A DNA stretch of 64,000 nucleotides, taken from contig JAYWIR010000030.1 in assembly GCA_036172245.1 (NCBI GenBank), forward strand, positions 558,001 through 622,000. The letters are read 5' to 3'. Under the pieces are notes generated by a model. It searched no databases, had not been told where the DNA came from, and saw only the letters and a program-made list of their open reading frames with translations. Positions 27,219-38,169 of the stretch are shown in pieces. This DNA comes from Raillietiella orientalis. Lineage: Eukaryota. Position numbers and translations under genes: made by a program. How positions within the stretch are numbered: position 1 is the first letter of the stretch; every line of letters starts with the position of its first letter.

Positions 27219-28096
27219 CCGCGTCGGAGGCTTTGTGATTAAGGCTTTCGCGTGTGGTACTATGCCTCGCGGGTTCGAATACTTCGGCAGGAACTGACGC
27301 CATTGAGTCCGTTGGGTTCCAGGTTTCTCCTGCAATGGCGCTGGTTGGCCGGGACATTCGGGCGTGGCACTGGTGGTCGTTTAAGCCGGAGGCCCCCGAT
27401 GAAGGCCGGAACAATGGGAGTCCGACCTTCGGGTCCTTCCAGGAATCAAGGAATGAGGAGTTCCCCCTTCTGTCGTACAACGGAGAGCGGCACCCCCCAC
27501 ACTGGAGAAAGGCCCCTTCCAGTTTCAAGATGGAGCAGGAGCCCTCACGGGAACCTCTCCTAGTTGTTTAATGGCAGCCGCGGACCCTCCCCCCTATTGC
27601 GGGAGGGACCCTCAAGTTGGCCGCCTCTCCAGAAGAGTTCAAGGAAGCAAGCGAGAGCGATCCCCCTGCGGGAAGCTGCAGCTCCCCTTCTGAATTTCGG
27701 AAGCGTCCCTTCGGGGTTCTCTTCAGAGGAGTGAACAGGAGCGGTTCCCTTGCGGGTTCCCTCCGGAGAAGAAATTCCTACTAGCGGATCCTTTCCGGGT
27801 TCTCTTGGGAGAAGATGAAACGGGAAATCTCCTTCCTCATTCCCCCCCACCAGAGAGAATGAGGAAGGAGATTCCCTTCGGGGTTCACCTTCGGAGACAA
27901 CTAGCGTGGGAGGTGCGATCCGGGGAGATCCTTCCCCAAGAGTGAGAGAAAAATAGACTCCGAGCCCTTCCTGGATTCATAGGGCGGACCCCGCCTTCCG
28001 GGTTGCCCCTATCTTGAAGAATTACACGCATCCTCCGCGGTGGCGTGGTGCTAAGAGCCGCGAGGCATGTGACCGGCTCTTGAGGTACTTAGCGAA
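27219..28096 (+). mobile_element. tRNA-headed, UNCG-hairpin-rich SINE-like element, copy 3 (longest, GC-rich insertion in AT-rich DNA)
   Basis: Head CGCGTCGGAGGC...GCGGGTTCGAATAC; hairpin GACC-TTCG-GGTC (27424-27435); 3' motif CCTGGATTCATAGGGCGG...CCCCTATCTTGAAGA (to ~28020). Flanked on both sides by CC-A-run-AACCGC-like direct repeats. Confidence 0.75.
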
Positions 28097-30031
28097 CCAA
28101 AAAAAAGAAAACCGCACATTCATCAGACAATAATCAGTTTTTCGTTCTTCAAAGGAATGTTGGATTGAATGGAGTTTTATTTTCTACCAAAATAAGCGAA
28201 GTCCCACATTTTGTTGATCCAGTAGGCTCTTTCCGTAAGAAATCAGTCTAAACAAAATGAATTACAATGTAAACTTCGGAAAATCATTTGTCTGGGGAGA
28301 CATTACATCTGAAGAACGCTAGGTACTTGCAATTCTCAATTCCAAAACAATGTAATTTGTTAAATATAAGTTGGCATTTAGACAAACACATTGCAGACAA
28401 TCTTGGCATGACAGGGAGCACAATCAAACTAACTGGAAGCTAAACAAGGAAACGTTGTTTTTGGCAACATTTAAGACCTGGATTTCAGTCTTATTCAAAG
28501 GGTCATTTTGGACAGTCTTCGAATAAAGTTGTGGTGGCTTCCTTTTCAAACTCTCACGAATGCTCCACATTACGCAGATGCAAGATTCCTGAGGAAATGT
28601 ACAAAATTTGAATGGTTTATTACTGATTATACTTGTGAAACATGATAATATGTTCAAAAGGATGTAGGTTAAAAATGTCAAAAAAATTGTCTTGTATTGA
28701 GAAACATAAAACAATAAATGATGGCTTAAGAATTATTGTAAATATACAGTTCTGATCTAGTTAACAGGAAAACCCTAGGATTAGATTCATTGCTTTATTC
28801 AAAAACCTTATCCCATGAAACTGCTTACTCCCACCTAGACAAAACCCAACAGACCTTTTGCTCACAGTATAGCCAAAATCAATTACAAAGAAATAAGATT
28901 CTGCACTAGGAAATGGTTTCATTTTTCTAGCAAGTTCAGGACATTTTTTTTGAAGTTACCTCTTTTAGGCTGTTACATACTGTCGTTTTCCTTCTTATCT
29001 AGGATTCAGTTGAGGATAAAGTCTCTTCTACATAGTATATATGGTATCATCCACAAGAAAACAATATTTGGAGCGATCTAGGTTGATTTATTATAGTCCA
29101 ATGAATTTGATTTTATTTCTTTGCTCCATATTTACTTTCAATGAAAAATGTTTCATCTTTTGAAAGAATTGCACAAATTATAAGCCAGTAATTAGTAATT
29201 GGGTTTTATTGTTCCATTATGAATTGATCTAACAATACGAGCTACAGATAGATTTACTGTCAAATTAATTTGATGTCTATTTTCATGAAAATTACTTAGC
29301 ACTCAATACTTTAGTGTCCGTTCAAAACATACTCATTTTATTTTGAGAGTATTCTGTGAATTCTATTGACACACACTTTACTTTGTAATAAAAAATTCCT
29401 TACGAAAAATTACTACGATAGAAAATGATATATGATTCTAAACGGTTTTGAAATTTTTCTGAACTGGTTGTTTTTTAGCAGTAATACTCAGTCTAATCGC
29501 ATTCGTAGGCCGAAAATCATTTTAAACCCTGCATTATGTTTTATTTTCAGATACAATGATTTGATGCAATCAATATTTAAGAAATTCAAATAAAGCAATT
29601 AGATCTTCATCATTACAGTTGCCCAAATGAATGAATAAGGGCACATCAAATACAAAGATTTCAAGAATTATATATTTTCCCATCAGATTTCTGCAATTAT
29701 TTAGTGACATAATTACTTATCGAAAATTTTCTGGTTATTGTTTCTTTTTTCTACATTTATTAGTGAATATTCTGGTTGTTTGTTTTAACTCTTAATGCAA
29801 CTAATGAGTAATTACTTCTTAATTACAGTTATTCATTCTTGTTAATTAAAGTCATTCTTTTTTAATAAATTTTAGTGCTGAGTAAGAAGTTTTCTTTTCG
29901 ATACTTTCATTGCACTTTTTTAGAAAAGTTTTCGTAACTTATTCGACAGCAAGAGCTTTTAATTTTTCATCTACAAATTATAATCGACTTTCCCAAAAAT
30001 ATTTTCAAAATTAGTTGGTAATCAATGGGAA

Positions 30032-30059
30032 ATATGCAATGCATGCATGCATTGCATAT
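30032..30059. repeat. perfect 28-bp palindrome upstream of ThrRS
   Basis: ATATGCAATGCATG|CATGCATTGCATAT is its own reverse complement. Confidence 0.9.
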
Positions 30060-30252
30060 CAAGGTAACGTAGTGATTACCGACTGAACGAATTGTGCGCG
30101 GAAATGAGCCGAGGTCCGTAGAAGCGAAGTTGTGAGGGGGCAAATAAAATTTTTGTAAATATGAGAAAGGATGAAAATTACGATTGAAGTAATTGAAAGT
30201 GTGCAGACTGAACTGTGAGGTTTACGTTACATATGTTAGTGCTTCCGCAGAA

Positions 30253-30327
30253 TTGGCTAACTCCAGTAAACTAATTTGCCTACGCCGGCTGTTCACAAGC
30301 ACACAAAGTTTGTGTACTTTTAAAAAA
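30253..30327 (+). CDS. putative upstream ThrRS exon encoding a mitochondrial targeting peptide (non-AUG start, TTG)
   Basis: TTG GCT AAC...AAA AAA|GTAAGG encodes (L/M)ANSSKLICLRRLFTSTQSLCTFKK. The phase-0 donor at 30328 matches the phase-0 acceptor TTTTAG|GTC at 30941/30942, which reads VVAAK into Met 30957. Confidence 0.5.
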
Positions 30328-30956
30328 GTAAGGTTTACTCACACAATTTGTTGTCACATATCTGTAGTGAGTACGCTACTATAGGCACTTAATTTGACAT
30401 CTAAAATACAGGGTTTTTTGTGTGCACCGTGCCTATGAGCAAAGCGTGACCACGAAGTTCGTTTTATAGTAAGAAATTAATGCAAATAGTTTAGTTCTTC
30501 GTGCTGGAAGACTTTGTGGTCATTCGATATTTCCAAGAAAAGACATTTGTAAACAAACTACCATTCTTTACTATTATTTTGTTGAATTGCAAACACCATT
30601 TAACATGGCATAATGATGGGTGAAGTTATTGGATTTCAGTTTCCTTTTCTTGCTATTTGAGCAAACCTGCATGGCTTGAGGGTTTTTTTTTAATTAATAG
30701 TTCTTCAGGTATTGCCTGCATCATACTTTTGTTTTCATAATGTCTGAAAGTTTTTTTTTCAACTGAGGTGATGAATATGAATTTGGCTCTTCAAAATAAT
30801 TTGGGTGGATTGTTTAGTGTTGTGTTGTGTTTTATCTGTTTGCATTAAATGTATTTATTTTAGTTCATGAAAGCATTATTCATTATTTTTATGACAATAC
30901 ATGCTCCATTCCATATCTACACAGATGATGACTTATTTTAGGTCGTAGCTGCAAAA

Positions 30957-33252
30957 ATGAAACAAAAGCCTGCATCAGAAGAAGAATGCTTGCTAGCAGA
31001 ACTGAACCCTCTGCCGTCGTTCATATCAGTAATACAGTATTTACTCAAATTCATTTTGCTATGCATGTATTTCAGGACCGTTTGCAACTTTGGGAGAGCT
31101 TGAGGAGACAGCAAGAACAAATATTACTATCACATGCTAGAGAAGTTATTGTTATTACTTTACCAGATGGAAAGGAAGTATTTGGCCACTCCTGGGAAAG
31201 TACCCCATATGATATAGCCAGAGAAATTAGGTAAGGGGAGTTTCTTGCTTGCATTCCACGCCTGTGACCAGTGTAGGCCTAGCAGATGCTTCTGTAGTAG
31301 CTAAAGTCAATGGCAAGTTGTGGGATTTAACACGACCATTGGAACAGTCATGTAGCTTGGAACTACTTAAATTTAGTGATGATGCAGGTGAATCAGCATG
31401 GTTTAATTTAAATTTATGTACCTGAATATCCAGCCAAACAGGTGTTCTGGCATTCATCTGCGCATATTTTGGGAGAGGCATTAGAACGGCTCTATGGAGG
31501 TTTTTTATGCCATGGGCCACCACTTGAGTCTGGTTTCTTTTATGACATGCAAATGGAAGGGCACCAAGTATCCTCTCAGGAATTTTCCTCTATTGAAAAA
31601 GTTGTGAACAATGTTATTGCAGAAGCACAACCTTTTGAGCGCCTTGAACTACCTGTTGAGGATTTGTTGCAACTGTTTGCATACAATCCTTTCAAAGTGC
31701 GAGTCCTACGTTCCCTTACAACTTCTACCACAACTGCATATCGCTGTGGATCACTAGTGGATCTGTGTCGAGGCCCTCACTTGCGCCATACTGGTCAACT
31801 GAAAGCTTTCAAAGTCACCAAGAACTCTTCTGCTTACTGGGAAGGACGTGCTACTGGAGAGTCACTACAGCGAGTGTATGCTATTTCGTTCCCAGATTGC
31901 AAGCAGCTGCGTGTATGGGAACAGCAACAGGAGGAAGCAGCTCGACGTAATCACCGCCGCATTGGCAGAGTGAGTTATGAGAACTTTGGGATTCATGAAT
32001 ACTATTTCGATATTTTAGGATCAGCAGCTATTTTTCTTTCATGAAATGAGTCCAGGATCGAGCTTTTTTCTGCCTAGAGGTGCCCATATTTATCGACGTT
32101 TAGAGGAATACATCAGATCGGAGTACTGGTCTCGAGGCTTCCAAGAAGTGATAACTCCAAATGTGTTCCGTTGTGAGCTCTGGCAAACTTCAGGCCATTG
32201 GGAGTTTTACCAAGATTCAATGTTTGGCTTCAAAGTGGAAGAGGAGCAGTATGCTCTAAAACCAATGAATTGTCCAGGACACTGCTTGGCTTTCAAGTTT
32301 CTTCAAAACAGCTGGAAAGAATTGCCTCTTCGTTTGGCAGATTTTGGTGTTCTACATCGCAATGAATTGTCTGGAGCACTGGGTGGACTCACACGTGTTC
32401 GGCGTTTCCAACAAGATGATGCCCACATCTTCTGTGCTTCTGAAGATGTAGGTACTGAGATCCGAGCAGCATTGGGTTTCTTGAAAGATGTGTACACCAC
32501 TTTGGGTTTTACTTTTACATTGGTACTGTCTACTCGACCAGAAAAATTCCTTGGTGATTTAGCAATCTGGAATGAAGCTGAGGATGCTCTGAAGAGTGCT
32601 CTGGATGCATTTGGTCAGCCTTGGAAGTTGAATCCTGGTGATGGAGCTTTCTATGGACCAAAAATAGATGTTACAGTTCAGGATGCACTGAAACGGCATC
32701 ACCAGTGTGCCACTGTTCAGTTAGATTTCCAACTACCAGAGCGTTTTGACTTGAGCTTTGTAGGCAAAACGGGTGAGAAACGCCGTCCAGTCATCATCCA
32801 TCGTGCCATCCTTGGCTCTTTTGAACGCATGATTGCCATTCTGACAGAATCTTTTGCTGGCAAATGGCCATTTTGGTTGTCCCCTCGTCAGGCAGTGGTT
32901 TTGCCTGTGGCTCCTTCTCATAAAGAATATGCGGATACTGTTCGCAAGAAATTGAGAAATGCTGGATACCAGTGTGATTTAGATGATGATGACAGTGATA
33001 CGCTCAAAAAGAAGATTCGCAATGCTCAGCTAGCACAGTACAACTTTATTTTAGGTTAGTCATAACTTACCATTCAGCAGCACTCCATCTTTAATTTCAG
33101 TGGTTGGTGACCAGGAAATGTCAGCAGACAGTGTAAATGTGCGTACACGTGCAAATTCATGTCAGTTGGGAGAGCGCTCGATAGAAGCATTGTTACAGCA
33201 TTTTGCCTATTTGACATCCAGCAGGGCACTTGACAGTGAACAACCATTTTAG
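30957..33252 (+). CDS. TARS1: threonine--tRNA ligase (cytosolic-type ThrRS), coding exons 30957-31028, 31076-31230, 31272-31387, 31434-31969, 32019-33054, 33101-33252 (~688 aa)
   Basis: Spliced frame contains the TGS domain (ITLPDGK...WESTPYDIA...[16 protein letters not shown]), the editing domain ([17 protein letters not shown]), the class II core ([74 protein letters not shown]) and the anticodon-binding domain. All introns are GT-AG with consistent phases. Confidence 0.98.
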
Positions 33253-36200
33253 TACAAATGAAATGTATTGCAAGTGCTGGATCATGGGGTTTAGCAAATG
33301 CTAACAGGGGGAGGAACTTAAATTATTTTACTGCATCTGGATTGAAGTTCAATCCGGACGGAATGGAATCAAGAGCGAATGGCTTCTTTAATAAAAAAAT
33401 GTTTTGTTGATTCTTTGAGGGACTGTTGTTGGCAAATCTGTAATGTACGGATTTTGCACATTTGTTCCTTATCGAGGATTTTATTAATTTATATGCATTG
33501 GTAGAAATAAATCTTGAACCGTTCTTTCCATAATTAGTTAAAGTTATCATTGTTCCAGAGCCAGGAGTTTGCCGCAAAGTGAAGAAGACCAGAAGTAGTG
33601 AAAGGAAACTAGAGATATATGCTCATAGCAGTTCCAGGTTTTCAGAACATAAATTTCGAAAAGAGATACAAACCTTCAAAGAAGTCAGGAATGGAAGGCA
33701 TTCATAAGGAAGGTTAAGAAAGATCGGAAAGATTGGGAGGGGAAAAAGTGAACCCAAGAGTTCTGCTAAGAAACATAGATGCAGGGAACAGTCCTAGACT
33801 GGAGATGACTACGAATTGTTTCTTGAGTTGCCTTTCATGCAAGAAAGCAATAACGAACAAAGGTTGGACAGGCCATATCGAAATGGAACAGTCAGCTCCT
33901 ATTTTCAGTACATGCGTTTCTGTTACGCCTTCTGATTGCTTTTCTTTCTTCTTTCTTTGGAATTTCCTTTCAGATTTCTTTCTTTCTTTCCTTTTATAGC
34001 TGGAGGGAATACTTGCTATCTGCTAATAACGAATAATCTGTTTACTATATCACGCATCTTGGCTGCAATAATTCCAGTAGTTTTTACGAATCTTTAGTGA
34101 TCACTACTTTTCTGATGTGTTACTTAATCACGAGTTTTCGGGATCCCCTGAAGTTGCAGGTAGTCCAGATCGGGAATACGGGACCAACGCCGAAGCCGTA
34201 TGCTTCGCTCCAGAATGCAGCTGGTCAACAGATGTTTGCATGGTCCTTGTTTCCAGATAATTGCTTTCTTCATAGCAGAAAGAATGCTAAAACAGCAGGG
34301 CGACTTTGCATCATTTCTTCATGCACGGTTTCGTCTCGCGGAGGAACTGCCTCTTCACGTGTTCAGGGTTTGATTTGGGAGCCACCGTTTGGTAGAGAGG
34401 GCAGAGCTGATCGGAGACACGTCCAGAAGCGGCGCAAAAGCCCGTCAACGAAAGTCACTGATGCTTTAGTACCCCTTGAAGTCTCCGTTTTCAAACTGCT
34501 GACAGTTTTCGAACATGTGCCGCGGCTGTCCCCATTCTAGATTCTCTGTGGTTCTCGGAGCGCTTATTGGTCGAGCCACGCTTCTTGGCTCGAAAAACAA
34601 ACCGGTCCATTAGAATCTCAGTCTTCCCTTGAGCGATGGGTCAACCCTCGAAGGTGGTTCTCCGGACAGCTGGAGGCGAGAGCTTGCGAAGCGAAGTCTG
34701 AGGATCGCCTCGCGGGACGGTCGGCGAATCGCTATTTGCGCCTTCTGCGGACGGCGGCGCTTCTCGTACAGGTCGCCCGTGGGCTGGCGCGATGGAAAGA
34801 ACGCCATAGCAGGAAGATGAATCGACGGTGCCAGTCCGCGTCGGGATGCAGCGGTAAGATCGGCTTTCCCTGCACAGCGTCGACGCGATCCAATTCCATC
34901 CTCCAGTGATGACTGGGAAGATTCCTTCATTTCTTCATTGGAACAAACTTTTTGTTGTTGGCGCTAACCTGTCGACATCGACTGACGGCGACCGACTGTC
35001 GCGGTCAGTCGTGCGAGACTGCCGTGGCTGCCAGCTCCTTATCAGGTCATCTCCCCTTACGGGTCCCGAGAGTTTTCAAGAATTCCACTCTGTGCCAGTT
35101 TCCCATGCTGTCCCACGGGGTGCTCTTCGGTGTCTACTCGCTCCCTCCTGCGCCCATCTCTGCGTTGTTTCGCTTCTGGGAGGAGGCTCCATGCACTGTG
35201 ATTGTCCCCCGAATACCAGGCCTCTGACGGGTGACAACGACTCGAGTGCTTTCCGTTAATCATGTCCTCCAGAGTCGGGTCTCGCCTGCGTCTCCGATGA
35301 AGGCTGAGCAAACCAGTTGTCCTCATCTGGAGTGAAGAGAAGAGATCCTTTCTCGCACAGACGGGAAAATGGGTTCCGGCTCACTTCGAGGGGTGAGACG
35401 ATCGCGACCCCAGGCGTACGGCCACGTTCCGGTTTCCTCTGGTTCAGCAGACTTAGAGTTTGCCACGGGAAGACGTCCCAATGGAGACAAAGTGTGAAGC
35501 TATCTCAGGGGTGAGAAGAGGAGCTGAGTGCACCCCAAGTTTCGAGACCTCATGTAGCTTCTTCTTTTGCTTTGGAATTTTGGGGTGCAGCCAAAAAATT
35601 CCAGTTGCCTACATGAGAAGTGCCTGACTTCCTTCCCGAGGCCTCATGGGACGCGTCGGACGGAATTAGGTGCCTGTGAGGGCGTCATCAGTCTGGGTAA
35701 GCTGTCAAATCCTGTCAAACGTCAAGAACAAGCTTCTTGAAAGCGATTCTCACATTTACACCCACCCTCTCTTTCATCCTCTCACTCCGTCTCTCTCAGT
35801 TTTCGATATCAGGGACGCCTTGCCGTTCCTACTGGAGGACAGAACAAGAGTCTCAGGAAAATCGTTTCACAAACAGCTGCAGAGAGAAGGGATTTCTTCT
35901 TCCTCCCAATCTCCCTTCTCCATCTCTTCGTGGAAAAGAACTTCGAAGTAGCCTGGAGACAACCAGTCTTCCTTTTTGTTGCTCACTAGCTCTTTGCCGT
36001 GTAATTCTCAACGCGCCAGTTCAGCCACCTCCCCGCCTCGTCCCTCCTGCTTCTTCCATGACTCTTCCGTAGGGTTCTCTTTGCCCTTCTGGTCCATGCA
36101 CGTGGGCTTCTGGACGTCGACGCAAGTCTTTCACGGGAGTTGCGCGGTTGATGGCCTGGAAAAAGCACTGCAAGGGGAAAACACTCTTGATCTGACCTCA

Positions 36201-37519
36201 CACTCACTAAATCACGCGACTTGTTCACTCTATGAGGACAGAGAAAATCCTTTCATTTTCTAAAAGGAATCCCCTTGGTGCAGCGAGAACACCATCCCTC
36301 TTCTTCTTCTGTTTTTTTGCACGGTGTGGTTGATCGCTCCAGGACGCAAAGAAACTGGTGGAAGCAGTTCAGTCATGGAGATCGAGGGACGGCGAGCGGA
36401 CCAACTAATAGCCTCGGGAGGTTCCAATCAGGGACCCGAAGCGTTCAGTTGCGAAGGTCCTTGTCGAGTCGAAAGAGAGAGGGTGGGGGAAGGAAGGAAG
36501 ATCCTGTTCCCTTGCTCACCTCTCCTCTCCTCAATGAGTTTGGAGATCCGACGGAGAAGAAAGAGAGATCCGACGAGAAGCGGCTATCTCCGAAGAGCAG
36601 GGTGCTCCGCAGCCATCCGGGGACGACGATGGGGCACCTCGCTTGTTAGTCTAGGGGAGGGGAACCCGTAGTCAATGAGGGAGTGAAGTTCGAGGGTTCG
36701 TGGGATTCGACGAATTCCGCTGGCTCCACTGTAATTTGTGAAGAGGGTTTTCTAGGAGAGGACCGTCGTTTTCTCTGCAGCCGAAATTCTCCCTCTGAGA
36801 TCTGGAAGAGAAGTTTCTCGTCTCAACTTGCATTTCCTTCCTTCCCTCCCCTTTTGAAAGAAAAGATGGGAGGAAAGGGGGTCATTCCTCTTGGAGTTCA
36901 AGAAGGGAATCACGAAGCGTGACTCACCACGATGGAAAAAGATCAGTAGGAAAAGATCCCGCTGGAATCTGTTTTTCTCTCGTCTTTCCCCTCCCCGCCT
37001 CCGTTCCTTCTCTCTCTCAAGGCATTGCCAGATTCAGAGAGATGGAAATCAGTCTCAATCCATCACGCTGGATCCCTTCCATCAATGAAAACACGTCCGG
37101 AGGGCCTCTCTTTGCCCCCCTCCCCCTTCCAACTCATACGGATAGGCTTCGGACTATACCGTAAGCAAGTTGATCCGATTGAGACTGATTGGAGGAAGCT
37201 ACGCACAAGCAATCCTATCCTTTCCGCCTCCCCACTTTTCTCCCTCCTTCAGTCCTCGCCGCTGGAGCGAGTTTGACTCTTCCCACCAATCTCGGGCGAA
37301 GAACTTCAGAGAAGGATATTCCTAGTTCAGAAGAGGAGAAGGCGGGAGAGGAACAGGTCATTTCTACGGAGCCTTCCTCACAATCGAGGTTCTTCCCCCC
37401 CTCTCCACCAAATGCGGAAGTCCTTAAGAAAGTAAAATGTTGCGTGCGAGCATCTTCCTTCAATACTCACCCTTGCAGCAATTTGCTGCCTCCGCGGGAT
37501 CGTGGTGGCGTAAAGCGAC

Positions 37520-37885
37520 GCCAACGGGGGAAGTAAAGACAGGGACGCCATCCACTTCGCTCTTCGCTTTCTGAGGATAGCGGCCAGATGGCCCCACTTG
37601 GACAAGCACGACTTTGCCGGCATCCTTCAAAGGATGCAGAGGGCCACCCTCGGCGGACAGAGATCCCTTCCCGCACTCCCGCTTCCTCCCGGAATTGTTT
37701 CATTGTTATTTTGTTTCTTTTTCTTTGGGTTTGATCCCTCTCCTCTGCTGCCGTGGTGGACCTCACCGTCTGCTAGCCAGCAAAGCGGCAGGTTAGATAC
37801 CAAAAGGACGTGGTTGGACCACTGGTCCAACCACACAAATTGTAAATGTTTATTTAATCTTTAAATAAACGCCCCGGCATACTCG
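37520..37885 (+). mobile_element. LINE 3'UTR fragment of the same family as 10040-10660
   Basis: GCATCCTTCAAAGGATGCAGAGG, a T-rich tract, CCTCTGCTGCCGTGG and AATAAACGCCCCGGC. Confidence 0.55.
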
Positions 37886-38169
37886 GGAGAGAACCTTCAA
37901 TCCTCAGCCCATCCTCTCTTGTTCCTTAGGCACCGTCTCTGCCACCGCCAGAACGTGTGCGCATACCATGGTGGTTTCCCCCTTTTTCACTTCCCCCTGG
38001 TCTCTGTCCCCTATCCTTCCCTTCGACAGCTTTTCACCTCTTCAGCAATCCCATAAGAAGAAGGAAAAGAAAAGTAATGCAACAGCCTCTCACGGTTGGA
38101 GAATTTCCAGATGCAGAGCAAAAAAGAAAAAAAAAAAGTGTTCCTTGGAGTCGTAGACCCGCATCATCA

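Noticed and set aside
27380..27420. Hammerhead ribozyme core in the UNCG element
   Set aside because: Reads CCGATGA rather than CTGANGA, has no stem II-GAAA arrangement and is not shared with the other copies.
24000..30000. Possible minus-strand gene or snoRNA host divergent from ThrRS (acceptor-like sites near 26095 and 28589)
   Set aside because: Frames close quickly and no convincing C/D or H/ACA box pairs were seen.
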